Source: Desulfatiglandales bacterium
GTDB taxonomy: Bacteria > Desulfobacterota > DSM-4660 > Desulfatiglandales > Desulfatiglandaceae
Length of the DNA stretch: 64,000 bases
Assembly (NCBI GenBank): GCA_963662465.1
Contig: OY759599.1
Location: 6,688,001-6,752,000, forward strand
Direction: 5' to 3'
In this document: positions 8,908 through 19,876 of the stretch, one piece after another
Layout of the letters: every line of letters begins with the position of its first letter
Numbering within the stretch: the first letter of the stretch is position 1
Translations under genes and position numbers: made by a program
Notes under the pieces: model-generated
The model's database searches: none
What the model saw: only the letters and a program-made list of their open reading frames with translations
What the model was told of the DNA's origin: nothing

Positions 8908-10644
8908 TTATTGCACCGGCAGCAACTCAACCCTTCGATTCAAAGCTTTGCCTTCTTCTGTCCGATTGGTAGTTTTGGGTCGTGAAAAACCAAATCCCAC
9001 TGCAATCAGGCGCTGATCATTAATCCCTTTTTTCGTCAAATAATTCTTTACGGCTTTTGCGCGGTTTTCCGACAACTTTTTATTGTATTGGCTGCTCCCC
9101 ACATTGTCGGTATGCCCCTGTATTTCGACCGCCATAGAGGGATTTTCTTGCAAAACAGTTATGATTTCGTCCAGATGAGGGTAGGATGCAGTTTTGATCT
9201 GATACTTATTAAAATCAAACAGCGCCTCACTGATGACCCAGCAACCCCGCTCATCTACTCTGGCGCCTTTCGGCGTTCCGGGGCACTCATCCCTGTAGTC
9301 GAGTACGCCGTCGCCATCGGTATCCAATGGGCATCCGCGTTCATCCACTTTCGCGCCTTTCGGTGTATTTGGGCATTCATCCATATAGTCAGGTACACCG
9401 TCCCCGTCTGTATCCAAAGGGCATCCTCGTACATCCACCACAACGCCTTTTGGTGTATTTGGGCATTCGTCGATATAGTCGGGCACGCCGTCGCCATCGG
9501 TATCCAATGGGCATCCGCGTTCGTCCACCTTAACGCCTTTTGGTGTATTTGGGCATTCATCTTTGTAATCGGGCACACCGTCTTCGTCAGAATCCTTGAT
9601 GACTGCTTGATCCACGAACATTTGGGCCACAGCCTTGGAGAGCGCCCAATCACAACTGACATAGAGTTCAGGGGAGATATTGGTGGCCTTAAAATTTCGG
9701 ACCTGTTCCTGTAATGTTTGAATCTGAAGGTTTAGGGTGCAACCCACGTCATGAAAATTCCAGAAAAGTTCAACATGGTTGATGGCAAGTTGAAGGATTT
9801 GAGGGGGACCGTCGACCATTAGCAGGTCCCTGTTCTCAAGTCCTTCCTGAAGTTTCCAGTGGGCCTCCTCCCATTTTGTAGCGGTTGTGGAAAAGGTGAA
9901 TACATTGGGCCTGATTTCGGAGAGGACAATGTTTTCTTTGTGAAGTTCCGATTTTATAAGCTGTATTACGGCATCCGGGGGGTCCTGACCGGCAATGGAA
10001 AAATTCGCTTTACAGTCGCTTTTTTCCACAACCGAATCTGTCTTTTCAGGGGTGCGTTTGAGGTCATCGGGTTGTTGTTTTCTTTCTTTGGGCTCACCTG
10101 CACATTGATCTTTATAATCAGGTACGCCGTCGTCATCTGTATCCAGTGGACATCCTCTTTGGTCCACATCAATCCCCTCGGGGGTTCCCGGACACTGATC
10201 GTTCCCATCGGGTATGCCATCCTGATCTGTGTCCAGTGGGCATCCAATCTTTTTAAGGTCCGTATGCAGGGTTCCCGTGGCGCTGCCATCGGCATTTGTG
10301 CAGATTCCGAGTGAAAAAACCGTGGAAGCATTGATGTTTACGACTTTCCCCCGGTTTTTGAGTTCAGTTTGAAGCATTTCTATGGCGGCATCCGTCCACC
10401 TTTGGTAATTTGCCCACCAATCGTGGGTGTAGGCGCCAATGAAGATATCTTCATCATTGGCTTGATTATTTACAAGATTCACGTATCTGTGGACTGTGAA
10501 ATCCGGGTTTAAGAATTTTTTTGCGGGTATGGGTTGTGCTTTTGGAATATAGAAGCGATCCGGTGTTCCGGCACAGCCTGAAACAGCAATTAGTATGAAG
10601 AGAGACAAAAGCTTACGCAGTGTCCGGAATGTGTATTTAGGCAT
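8908..10644 (-). CDS. OmpA-family lipoprotein with thrombospondin type-3-like repeats
   Basis: Lipobox VSGC; six D-x-D-x-DG(V/I)-x-D-xx-D-x-C repeats; OmpA C-domain IQGHTDNVG..N..LS..RA..NRRVE. Confidence 0.92.
   Translation of the reverse strand: MPKYTFRTLRKLLSLFILIAVSGCAGTPDRFYIPKAQPIPAKKFLNPDFTVHRYVNLVNNQANDEDIFIGAYTHDWWANYQRWTDAAIEMLQTELKNRGKVVNINASTVFSLGICTNADGSATGTLHTDLKKIGCPLDTDQDGIPDGNDQCPGTPEGIDVDQRGCPLDTDDDGVPDYKDQCAGEPKERKQQPDDLKRTPEKTDSVVEKSDCKANFSIAGQDPPDAVIQLIKSELHKENIVLSEIRPNVFTFSTTATKWEEAHWKLQEGLENRDLLMVDGPPQILQLAINHVELFWNFHDVGCTLNLQIQTLQEQVRNFKATNISPELYVSCDWALSKAVAQMFVDQAVIKDSDEDGVPDYKDECPNTPKGVKVDERGCPLDTDGDGVPDYIDECPNTPKGVVVDVRGCPLDTDGDGVPDYMDECPNTPKGAKVDERGCPLDTDGDGVLDYRDECPGTPKGARVDERGCWVISEALFDFNKYQIKTASYPHLDEIITVLQENPSMAVEIQGHTDNVGSSQYNKKLSENRAKAVKNYLTKKGINDQRLIAVGFGFSRPKTTNRTEEGKALNRRVELLPVQ
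9240..9596 (-). repeat. Four 90-bp intragenic tandem repeats (30-aa TSP3-like units)
   Basis: Recurring ggtgtatttgggcattc and gtatccaatgggcatcc at a 90-nt period. Confidence 0.85.
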
Positions 10645-10667
10645 GGTTTAAACCCTTTGTATGGTTT

Positions 10668-11393
10668 TTATTTATCCTCTAAATCGCGCGTAACATCCTC
10701 GTTGGGCGCCCATGTGCTTCCCTTTTCTTCGCAGGCTTTTTTGTCCATGGCTTTTGGCAACCAGATGCCGCCTCTGTCCTCACAAGCTTTTTTGTCAGCA
10801 GCCTCGGGCATCCATGTGTTACCCTGCTTTTCGCATGTGGGTTGATCTATGTCGGGAATCCATTTTCCCCCCCTTGCCTTACATTCGTTTCGATTATTGC
10901 CCATTGCACCCTTACAGGAAGCTTTTCCGACGGGATTGCCAAACTGGTCTTCACAAAACCCCACGTCCCGTCTGCCATCCGCTCCTACGCAGTACGCTTC
11001 GTCAGGCTTTCCTTCGGGCCCCACGCAAAAAGCACAAAAATAGGCTTCACCTATTAAAAAAGGCCCATCTCCCATGTTGACGAAAACGTGACTCGCTCCC
11101 AATTCGGCGGCATTGTCCATAAGCTCATTTAGTGCGCCGGCATAGAAAGTATCCCCCAGAAAACCCCAGGAAAAAACGCAGCAATAGGGAAAGAGGGCGG
11201 AGCCTCTGACATTTCCCAGGAAATCGCATTGATTGACAACTTTGCGAATCTGCTCGACATTGACCAGATGGACTTGTGAAGCCCGTGTGGATAGGGAGGG
11301 GCCGCAGGAAGCGAGAACGACGGAAAGAAGCATCAATGATAGAACCAACAGTGCTGCCTTGGTTTTAGACGCCGAATTTTTATTATTCACCAT
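10668..11393 (-). CDS. Cys-rich lipoprotein with C-terminal CxxxGxxW repeats
   Basis: Lipobox LASC; repeats CKARGGKW/CEKQGNTW/CEDRGGIW/CEEKGSTW; start taken at MVNNK. Confidence 0.75.
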   Translation of the reverse strand: MVNNKNSASKTKAALLVLSLMLLSVVLASCGPSLSTRASQVHLVNVEQIRKVVNQCDFLGNVRGSALFPYCCVFSWGFLGDTFYAGALNELMDNAAELGASHVFVNMGDGPFLIGEAYFCAFCVGPEGKPDEAYCVGADGRRDVGFCEDQFGNPVGKASCKGAMGNNRNECKARGGKWIPDIDQPTCEKQGNTWMPEAADKKACEDRGGIWLPKAMDKKACEEKGSTWAPNEDVTRDLEDK

Positions 11394-11570
11394 AAAGCCC
11401 TCTATTCGTTTGAGTTCAAGCCGATGACAAATGATCATGATAAATGTTTATTGCTTTTTTCACCCGTAAATCAACACCTGTAACCTATCGATGGTTGCCG
11501 ATTGCGTTGAAGATTATATGCCTGATGTATTTTCATGTCAACAAGTCCGTTATGCCGTTATGAGGCGCAT

Positions 11571-12665
11571 TCAAAGCCTTGGGATGCTGCCGTAAATGGG
11601 AAGACGAACCGCATCCGTGATATCATTTTCGTGTCGAATGGGTCCTTTTAGGAAGTCAAAAATCAGAATCATTCCCACTCCAACCGCAAGGGACATCATA
11701 ACCCCAACCAGCAGAACCTTTGTTTTGGCGCTTTTTGAGGGACGGAGGGGGATCATCGGTGCGCTCAACACACGGATGTTTACCAGAACACCGGCTTCCC
11801 TGACTTTGGCTTCAAGATAGATTCGGTCCAGTTGGTCATAGTGTTCCCGGGCCATTTCAAAGTTGGACAAAAGCGTGACCAGTTGGGCTTGGATTTCCGT
11901 ATCGGCGGTCGATTTCAAATCCGCGGGGATCTGGTAGTAATCTCGAAATTTGACCAGCGCTTCTTCGGCTTCCTTTAAGGTTTTACGAGCAGCGTCTTTT
12001 TGTTCCAGTGAAAATTTTATTTTTCCTTGAACCCCTTCCTTGTTTTCCTCCAGATTAAAGGCCAGTAAAATATCCAGATAGCTTTTCACCAGGATGGGGG
12101 CCAGGTTTTTTTCAAGGGTTGCGCCGGTGATCCAGATCATGGCGATATTGGAATTCACCCGGATACCCACTCGTTTTTCCAGTTCTTGCAGGTATTTACT
12201 GTCCTCATCCGCTGAGGAAACGGAGGTCCCCTTATTTTCGTCGGCTTTTTTGCTTCTGCCGAGGATTGTCTTGGCCAGGTTTCGAAGCCCTGCCAGGATC
12301 TGGCTTCGCAAATCCAATGGAAGTTCCAAGTCCTGTTTTACATCATCGGGCAGAATTTTTAAAACCTCCTTTGCAAAAGATTTGCTTTTGAGCTTTTCTT
12401 CCACCGCCAGAACGTAAGAATCCGAGGCTTTTCTGGGGGACATGGTCCCCTGGCGTATGGATGCCGCCTCGTTAAAAGGTTCTTCAATTTGAAGGGCAGC
12501 CTCGCTGATAAACTGGGGTTTGACAAAAGAAGCCAGCAGCAAGGTGATCAGGGCGCCAACCACAAAAAAAATAACGATGATCCATTTGTTTTCCAGCAGC
12601 GGCACACCGAATTTCGCGATGTAAAACGAAACATCAAGTTTTTTGGTGGTTGATTTCTCTTCCAT
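11571..12665 (-). CDS. Polysaccharide chain-length determinant (Wzz/GumC-like)
   Basis: N- and C-terminal TM helices, coiled-coil centre, IRVLSAPMIPLRPS, LPIYGSIP tail. Confidence 0.85.
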   Translation of the reverse strand: MEEKSTTKKLDVSFYIAKFGVPLLENKWIIVIFFVVGALITLLLASFVKPQFISEAALQIEEPFNEAASIRQGTMSPRKASDSYVLAVEEKLKSKSFAKEVLKILPDDVKQDLELPLDLRSQILAGLRNLAKTILGRSKKADENKGTSVSSADEDSKYLQELEKRVGIRVNSNIAMIWITGATLEKNLAPILVKSYLDILLAFNLEENKEGVQGKIKFSLEQKDAARKTLKEAEEALVKFRDYYQIPADLKSTADTEIQAQLVTLLSNFEMAREHYDQLDRIYLEAKVREAGVLVNIRVLSAPMIPLRPSKSAKTKVLLVGVMMSLAVGVGMILIFDFLKGPIRHENDITDAVRLPIYGSIPRL

Positions 12666-12677
12666 GCTTTAATCCAC

Positions 12678-13985
12678 CTAAAATTGGCGATTGTAGACAA
12701 TGCCGTTTATTTTTCCGCCATCGCGGGTGATGGCCTCAACGGATTTTGATATTTGCTCCGATGTGGTTTGTTTGTCCTGAACGACCATGACGACGATGTC
12801 ACACGTAAATGACAAAAAAACCGGGTCCACATTGTTTCTGTTTTTGTTAAGTACCGGCGATGAGTCGAAGAATATCAGATCGTATGCCCCTTTCATTTCC
12901 TGAAACATGTTTTCCATGAAATCCGGCGTCATTTTAAGGTACAGTTCATTGTCCCAGCCGCCTGCCGTGATCATCTTTAATTGAGAAAAACCCGTATCTT
13001 TTACGGCCTCTTGCCAGCTTAGAGAACCGGAAACAACGTCTGTAAACCCTTGTTTCTGCTCTAGTCCGAAAGGCAGATGAAGTTGAGGGCGACGCATATT
13101 TAAATCAACCAGCAGGGTTTTCATCTTTGTAAAATAGGCGATGTTGAAAGCCAGCAGGCTGATGAGAAAAGTATTGCCTGCGTCGTCATGGGGAGTGACA
13201 AAAACTACGGTCTTCTCATTCGCTTTTTCAAGCATATTAACGATATTTTCCCTGACCCGGTTTACTTCTGAATATACGCAGCCGACTTTCAATCTTTCAG
13301 CGGATAAACCTTTGGCGGCATCCTGGGGATCCATTTGTGACGGCGCTCCGGTTTTTTCCCCTAATGTCTTAAGTTTACCGACAATTTCTTTAAAAAAAGC
13401 GTTTGCTTTGTCATAGAGAATTGAAACTTTTTTCAAGTCCTTAAAAACGGGTAGTTTTAAAGTTGGTTTTTCGGAGGGAGGGGTTGGCGGCGTTTCAGGG
13501 GCAAGCGCCTGCTTTTTTTTGATCGGACGATCATCGGAAGATGTCGAATCAGCGGTTTCGCTGGATTGTGGGGGGGGGGCGTTAAAGCGGTGTGCATCAT
13601 CCGGGGAAGGATAGGCTTTTTTTACGCTGATGTAGTCTGTATCAATACCGCTCAATGAGACGACGTCTTCCTCCGTTGCCTTAACCGAGTCAATCGTACC
13701 CCCGGAGATGTCCGCAATGTCGAATCCTCCCAGGCGGTTGAATTCATCGAAGCGTACCCCCAATTCATCTTTGTCGGCAGACTTTCGAAGGATACTGAGA
13801 GCTGCCATGTCAATTCCTTCAAAAGGGTCCACATCAATGGGCTTCGGAATGGATCCAAACAAATCTTTGGTGGTCACTTTGCCGTTGCTATTGTTCTCTG
13901 TTGGCTTCTCTCCGGACAATTTCCATGACCTCCTCTGCCAGCGCAGTGTGATCTTTTGCCCCATATTTGCTCGGGTCGAACTCAA
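12678..13985 (-). CDS. CpsD/CapB-like BY-kinase domain protein with long N-terminal extension and degenerate Walker A; true start may be TTG 13919
   Basis: TLLVDLNMRRPQLH, YDLIFFDSSPVL; the P-loop reads TPHDDAGNT. Confidence 0.75.
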   Translation of the reverse strand: MSSTRANMGQKITLRWQRRSWKLSGEKPTENNSNGKVTTKDLFGSIPKPIDVDPFEGIDMAALSILRKSADKDELGVRFDEFNRLGGFDIADISGGTIDSVKATEEDVVSLSGIDTDYISVKKAYPSPDDAHRFNAPPPQSSETADSTSSDDRPIKKKQALAPETPPTPPSEKPTLKLPVFKDLKKVSILYDKANAFFKEIVGKLKTLGEKTGAPSQMDPQDAAKGLSAERLKVGCVYSEVNRVRENIVNMLEKANEKTVVFVTPHDDAGNTFLISLLAFNIAYFTKMKTLLVDLNMRRPQLHLPFGLEQKQGFTDVVSGSLSWQEAVKDTGFSQLKMITAGGWDNELYLKMTPDFMENMFQEMKGAYDLIFFDSSPVLNKNRNNVDPVFLSFTCDIVVMVVQDKQTTSEQISKSVEAITRDGGKINGIVYNRQF

Positions 13986-14700
13986 ATATGGTTTTCCGTT
14001 TCATATGGGCCCGGTCGATATCAATGTTAATTCGTATGGTTGTGTGGAAAACATTGATGCCTTTGGCGTCAAAAAAATGGATAATCCTGTCGCGGTTTTT
14101 CACATAGATACTGGCCCTTGAGTCGTATTTGGTGAGAAGTACACCCATTAATTTTAATTTGCCGTTCTGGCTGCGCATGTTTTGCAATATTCGAAGGAAG
14201 GTGGCAAGTCCATCCAGCGCGAATTGATCGGAAGTGGGGATGGGGATAATGGCATAATCAGAGATCATGAGTGCGTTGTTGACCATGCAGCCGATATTGG
14301 GCGGCGTGTCGATCAGCACAAAATCATATTTTTGAAATCCCTTGTCGTTTCTGGTGAGCCTCAAAAAGCCCAGGATTGAATCAGGTGTGCTGGCGGCAGT
14401 CCTCTCCCAGAGCATGCAACGAATGGTATTGGGGACAATGTCCACGTTTTCATTGGAGGTGCTGCATGCCATTGAAGACATATCCGTTTCCCCGATGGGC
14501 GCTTCCAATGCCTTTACCAGTGAAAATTGTTCCCTTAGGGCAATCTCTTTTAGAAGTATGGAGGTGCAATTGCCCTGAGGATCTGCATCTATGACCAGGA
14601 CCTGCATGCCTTTCCTGCCCAGCGCATCCGCTAGGTTGAGGGTGGTGGTTGTCTTTCCGACACCCCCTTTCTGGTTTCCAATGGTAATAATGTCAGGCAC
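13888..14700 (-). CDS. ParA/Soj-family ATPase
   Basis: NQKGGVGKTT, IDADPQGN, IDTPP; GTG start after GGAGG. Confidence 0.92.
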   Translation of the reverse strand: MPDIITIGNQKGGVGKTTTTLNLADALGRKGMQVLVIDADPQGNCTSILLKEIALREQFSLVKALEAPIGETDMSSMACSTSNENVDIVPNTIRCMLWERTAASTPDSILGFLRLTRNDKGFQKYDFVLIDTPPNIGCMVNNALMISDYAIIPIPTSDQFALDGLATFLRILQNMRSQNGKLKLMGVLLTKYDSRASIYVKNRDRIIHFFDAKGINVFHTTIRINIDIDRAHMKRKTIFEFDPSKYGAKDHTALAEEVMEIVRREANREQ

Positions 14701-15212
14701 CTGCAACCTCCAGTGAGCCCTGAATTGTTTCCGGCCCTTTTCAGTATAAAATTGCAATCGGCGATGTGTTTTGGGAGTATGCTTTTTTTAAACTTACAAT
14801 TAAGAACACAGTTTACACATGTTCAATCATTTTTAACACGCGAAAAAATATGGGTCAAGTGAAATTGGTTAAAAAATTTGAATAAATTTCAAACGAGCAA
14901 AGGCAATAACAGCCTGGTAGTATTATGTATTCAGTGCAAACCTTAGTAATCGTGGTCGCTAATTATACCTCGCGAGATTTAATTTTAGGGTGAAACGTGG
15001 CTTTAATGCGGTATCTTGACGAATATGCATAAGGGGATATTGTTTTTGGGCCGATAAGTGGAAAATTAACATCAGAAATGAATGACCCCTCTGATGATTG
15101 GCTCCATAGTCTTGCATTTCTTGTTAAAATCATGATATCCCTAAATACGAGATTGTCACGGATCGCAAGTCTGTCTTTTGAGTAAAGATGAATATCGAAA
15201 AAGGAATGTCGA

Positions 15213-16097
15213 ATGTCGAAGGGAAATTCATATGATCATCATGAGTCGCCGATATTTTCAGCATATTTTGCTCTCCCATTGGCGCCCATAATTATTTTGA
15301 TCGGGTTTCTTTACGCCGATGTGGTTGGCATTTTGGTGCAGATTTGGATTACTGACAGCGATCAGGCCCATGGACTGCTTTTGGTTGCTGTGGCGGGTTA
15401 TTTGCTTTTTCATCGCAGAAAGAGGATTAACCGGATAATGCCTGAGACCTGGGCGCCGGGGCTGTTTATTATGGTTGCGGCGCTGGCGCTTCTGCTGGTG
15501 GGGCAGATGGTCGTCGAATATTTTGTGATGCGGTCTTCTTTAATCATGCTGCTGGTTGGTATCATCGGGTTTTTGTTTGGGAAAAATGCGTTAAAAGTCT
15601 TTCTCTTTCCCCTTTTTCTTCTTCTTTTGGCCATACCCCTGCCGGCTATCGTGGTTAACGGCTTGACGTTGCCCCTTAAGGCGCTGGTCAGTTCATTGGC
15701 CTCCGAAATGCTGCGCGCCATGGGCGTTTCCATCCTTCAAGAGGGAAACATACTGCAAACGCCCCAAATCACACTCGAAGTGGTGAACGCCTGCAGCGGC
15801 ATCCGTTCCGTTTTTTCCCTGTTTGTTCTGGCGTTGCTTTTTTCTTCAGACATGGATGGCTATATTCAAAAAGCTTTTCTGTTGATTTTAACCATCCCTC
15901 TGGCAATTTTCACCAATGCTTTGAGGATTACCGCAACGGGAATGCTGGCGACCCATTGGGACCCAAAAATGGCCCTTGGGTTTTATCACGGCTTCAGCGG
16001 TTGGGTGATTTTTGTTATATCGCTGATGATGCTGTTGCTTTTGAAACGGGTGATTACGTCCGTGGCTTCCCGCGGGAATCGAAAGAATGTTTTATGA
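15213..16097 (+). CDS. Exosortase
   Basis: About 8 TM helices; catalytic-triad motifs VVNACSGIRS, NALRI, FYHGFSG. Confidence 0.93.
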   Translation: MSKGNSYDHHESPIFSAYFALPLAPIIILIGFLYADVVGILVQIWITDSDQAHGLLLVAVAGYLLFHRRKRINRIMPETWAPGLFIMVAALALLLVGQMVVEYFVMRSSLIMLLVGIIGFLFGKNALKVFLFPLFLLLLAIPLPAIVVNGLTLPLKALVSSLASEMLRAMGVSILQEGNILQTPQITLEVVNACSGIRSVFSLFVLALLFSSDMDGYIQKAFLLILTIPLAIFTNALRITATGMLATHWDPKMALGFYHGFSGWVIFVISLMMLLLLKRVITSVASRGNRKNVL

Positions 16098-16738
16098 AAA
16101 AAAAACTACCCTTTATGATCACCGTAATGCTGCTGGGACTGGCCCTGTTTGCCAGGGTGTGGATGGACAATCGGCAGAGTTCGGCGCCAAAAATGGAATT
16201 GATGCCCTTTGATCGCAATCTGGGTAATTGGAAAGGGGTTGACTTAAACCTGGATGCTGATGTGGTGGCGATGCTCAATCCGGACCAACTAGTGTTCAGG
16301 CGCTATCAAAACCCTTCTGGAAGGTCGGTTGATTTGTACGGCGTTTTTTATGGGTCCCAGGGGACCCACCGAACCATGCACTCGCCACTGAACTGTTATC
16401 CGGGAAGCGGTTGGGAAATCGTGGGGAAAAGCAAGATTCGTCTTCATGGCCCGGGAGATACTGGAGAGGGGATTGAGGTCCGGAAAGTGATCATGAGAAA
16501 AGGCCTCGCCATGCGACTGCTCTATTATTGGTATTATGCCGGGGGAAATACGGCGTCCAACCAATATATGAATAAAGCGCTGACCCTCTATGGCGCTCTG
16601 ATGCATGGAAGAACCGATGGCGGTTTGGTCACAGTGTCTACTCTCCGGGACGACTCAGGGATGAACCAGAAATATCTTGAAAAGGATTTTGTGCCGAATT
16701 TACTTAAATACTTATCGGACCAACCCATAAGCCGTTAG
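16094..16738 (+). CDS. epsI: Exosortase-associated EpsI-family protein
   Basis: HSPLNCYPGSGW, YYWY, RTDGGLV; overlaps the exosortase stop. Confidence 0.9.
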   Translation: MKKKLPFMITVMLLGLALFARVWMDNRQSSAPKMELMPFDRNLGNWKGVDLNLDADVVAMLNPDQLVFRRYQNPSGRSVDLYGVFYGSQGTHRTMHSPLNCYPGSGWEIVGKSKIRLHGPGDTGEGIEVRKVIMRKGLAMRLLYYWYYAGGNTASNQYMNKALTLYGALMHGRTDGGLVTVSTLRDDSGMNQKYLEKDFVPNLLKYLSDQPISR

Positions 16739-17054
16739 GGGATGATTCCTTGATGCTTATGAAAAAATGTGGTAACCGTTCACAGGGGGCAGGGGACAGT
16801 TGTCAGGGGGCAGGATAAAATTCGAAGACTTAGATATTTCGAAAAGAAGAGCATGCTTAAGCGTCAACATCGAAAAAGGAATTGGCTCAATTATGCTGTT
16901 TGGCTTCATTAGATAAAAGCAAATTGTTTGAATAAGAATCGAAGCTGGTTTTTCTGCACCCTGACAACTGCACCCTGTCAGGCTATGGATATCGTATTCC
17001 ATATTTGTTAAAATGACGTGATTTCGTAGTCATCGTTTTTAAGGAGAGAAAAAA

Positions 17055-19829
17055 ATGAAAGTAAAGAGCGCCTTCAGAACAATTATGACAGTATTGTCCC
17101 TCCTGTTTTTTTTCTCGGGTTGTTCTTTGTTTGAAAGCGATAAGGAAAAGGCGGATCGATTTGTTCAACTGGGTATGGCGGCCCAAAAAGAGAAAAAAAC
17201 AGATGATGCCATTCTTCAATTCAAGAACGCGCTTCAAAAGGATCCCCTTCATCCGATTGCCCATTATGCTTTGGGTGAAATTTATTTCAACGCCGACAAG
17301 CCGCAATTGTCGGCCATGGAACTCAGTCTTGCCATTTCCCAGGATTCGGAATTGATGAAGGCCAAACAATTGCTCGCGAAACTCTACTTCCGCTATGGGG
17401 CCTATGACAAAGCGATTCCGTTGCTGAAAGAACTGGCGGCCAAAGAGACGCCAAAGCTTGAAACAGTTCTTATGCTGGGAAATGCGCTGGTTAACACAGG
17501 GCAGGGCGCCGAGGCCAAGGCTGTTCTGGAAAAGGCGGAAAAATCGAATCTCGATAATGTGGAGGTGAGAATAAGTCTTGCCAGAGCGCTTCTTCTGATG
17601 AACCAGGCTGAAGGAGCCCGAAAGATGATGGAAAAAGCCGCCTCTTTAAAGCCAAAAGATCTTTCCATTCAGGTTTTGTTGGCCCGGTTCTATGAAAATA
17701 CGGAACTTTATGATTTGGCCCAGAACAAATTTCTGGCCATAAAGAAGGCCTTCCCCAAAAATCCCGCGGCATACCTTGCCCTTGCGAGATTTTATCTAAG
17801 AAGGAACCGGTTAAGTGATTCTGAAAAAGCACTGGATGAAGCCATTGCCATGGGGCTTAAAGATAAAAACCTGTATCATGCTCTGGGTCTTATTCAACAT
17901 AAGAAGAAGGAATACCAGGCCGCCCTTAACAGCTTTAACGCAGCTGTTGCGACGTCCCCCGATGACCAGAAAAGTCTCATTCTGTTGGCTGACTACTATG
18001 TGTTTTTGAAAGATTATCCCAAGGCCAAGGCAACCTATGAAAAGATTGCTGAAAAATGGCCGCGGCTTCTTCCCGTGAAGTCCAAAATTGCGGAACTCTT
18101 TATTGCGGAAAGGGACTACGAGCAGGCGCTGAAACAGGTTGAAAAAATGTTGGACGAAGATCCCGACTATGCCCGCGGGTATGTCCTGAGAGGCCTGTTG
18201 TGGCTTAAAAAAGGCGAGACCAACAAGGCAAGAGATGAGTTTCTTAGAGCTCGTGATTTGGATCCGTCATCCGGAGAAGGCGACTATTTTTACGGCCTGA
18301 CGTTTCTCAACAATCGGGATTACAGAATGAGTTTGTCGGAAATTTTAAAAGCGCTTGAAAAGGATCCCAATTCTCTCAAGATCCGCCTGGCATTGGCGTA
18401 TATCTATTTTAGGACTGAAAAACCGTCATTGGCGTTGTCGGAACTCAATCGGGTCTTGGACGTTCAACCGGACAACCTTCGCGCCCGCATACTGCGGGGC
18501 AGGGTATATGCCGCAACCAAACAATATGAAAAAGCCGAACTTGATTATCAATACCTCATTGAGAAGAGCCCGGATGCTCCGGTTTTTCGACTCAGGCTGG
18601 CGCAAGTCTATCGCGCTCAAGGGAAGCTGGATCAAGCGCTCGAGGGGTTTAACGCGCTGCTTGACACTGATGTCGCGGCGTTTGCGGCCCTGAAAGACAT
18701 CACCGGCATCTACGTCAGCAGAAAAGAATTTGATGCGGCCATTGGTTTACTCGACCGTGAACAAAAAAAGCAACCGCAAAACTTGCAGATCGGTTTGCTG
18801 AAAGTAGCGGTCTTGCTGGCACAGAGAGATTACGGTTTAGCGGAAGCAACATTGTCCGATCTCATCAAAAAACACCCTGAAGCCGTTGAGCCATTGGCTC
18901 TGTTGGCAAACCTCCATATGAACCGTCAGGATGCCAGGCAGGACTATGGCGTTGCTTTGAAGGTGTTTAATCGGATTATCGGCATTGATCCCAAAAATAT
19001 ACCGGCCCGCATGAGAATGGCCTATCTTTACAAAAAGCTGGGGGATATGGACAATGCCATTTTGTCCTACGAAGCTGTTTTGAAGATCGATGAAAATTAT
19101 GCTCCCGCTGCCAATGATCTGGCATATTTATACGCTGACCTGGGCCGGAATCTGGATGAGGCCCTGACGCTTGCTAAAAAGGCACAACAACTCATCCCTG
19201 ATAATCCGGACGTGGAAGATACGCTGGGCTGGGTTTATCTAAAAAGGGGGTCCCTGCTTCTGGCAAACCGGCACCTCGTACATGCCATGGGTCAAAAGCC
19301 CGAGGAGCCGTTGTTCCATTTTCATTTGGGATTAGTATTGTATGCGCAAAATGATACCAAAGAAGCGGCCAAACAACTGAAAGATGCCATAAAACTGGGG
19401 CTGGGAAAGAATGAGTTGCCTCAGGCCAAGAAACTGCTTCAGGCCATGAAGGATCCAGCCCATCGTTATGTCGATATCCTCGATGAACTGGAACGTGCGT
19501 TTCAGGATCAAAATCTTGACCAGGCACTGTCCCTGGCGAAAAAGGCGCAGGAACTCATGCCGGATAGTCCTGAGATCGCGGATAAGATGGGGACTATTTA
19601 CTCAAAAAAAGGCTCTTTTCTGCTGGCAAAGAAGAAGTTTCGAGAGGCCATTGAAGGTATGCCGAATAATTCCCTTTTCCGCTTTCACATGGGACTTCTG
19701 TTATATGAGGAGCAGGATTTTGCTCAAGCCGGGGAAGCATTTGAAAAAGCGATAAAACTGGGTTTGAAGCCGGAAGAAGCGGAAATTGCCGAAAACCTTA
19801 TCAAAAAAGCCAAAAGCCGAATGGAGTGA
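17055..19829 (+). CDS. TPR-repeat lipoprotein, PrsT-like
   Basis: Lipobox FSGC; many TPRs; AANDLAYLYA...DTLGWVY; exosortase context. Confidence 0.85.
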   Translation: MKVKSAFRTIMTVLSLLFFFSGCSLFESDKEKADRFVQLGMAAQKEKKTDDAILQFKNALQKDPLHPIAHYALGEIYFNADKPQLSAMELSLAISQDSELMKAKQLLAKLYFRYGAYDKAIPLLKELAAKETPKLETVLMLGNALVNTGQGAEAKAVLEKAEKSNLDNVEVRISLARALLLMNQAEGARKMMEKAASLKPKDLSIQVLLARFYENTELYDLAQNKFLAIKKAFPKNPAAYLALARFYLRRNRLSDSEKALDEAIAMGLKDKNLYHALGLIQHKKKEYQAALNSFNAAVATSPDDQKSLILLADYYVFLKDYPKAKATYEKIAEKWPRLLPVKSKIAELFIAERDYEQALKQVEKMLDEDPDYARGYVLRGLLWLKKGETNKARDEFLRARDLDPSSGEGDYFYGLTFLNNRDYRMSLSEILKALEKDPNSLKIRLALAYIYFRTEKPSLALSELNRVLDVQPDNLRARILRGRVYAATKQYEKAELDYQYLIEKSPDAPVFRLRLAQVYRAQGKLDQALEGFNALLDTDVAAFAALKDITGIYVSRKEFDAAIGLLDREQKKQPQNLQIGLLKVAVLLAQRDYGLAEATLSDLIKKHPEAVEPLALLANLHMNRQDARQDYGVALKVFNRIIGIDPKNIPARMRMAYLYKKLGDMDNAILSYEAVLKIDENYAPAANDLAYLYADLGRNLDEALTLAKKAQQLIPDNPDVEDTLGWVYLKRGSLLLANRHLVHAMGQKPEEPLFHFHLGLVLYAQNDTKEAAKQLKDAIKLGLGKNELPQAKKLLQAMKDPAHRYVDILDELERAFQDQNLDQALSLAKKAQELMPDSPEIADKMGTIYSKKGSFLLAKKKFREAIEGMPNNSLFRFHMGLLLYEEQDFAQAGEAFEKAIKLGLKPEEAEIAENLIKKAKSRME

Positions 19830-19876
19830 TGCAGGGTGCAATTCGGCATTCAGGGAATCTCTCACCCGGAGCAATC

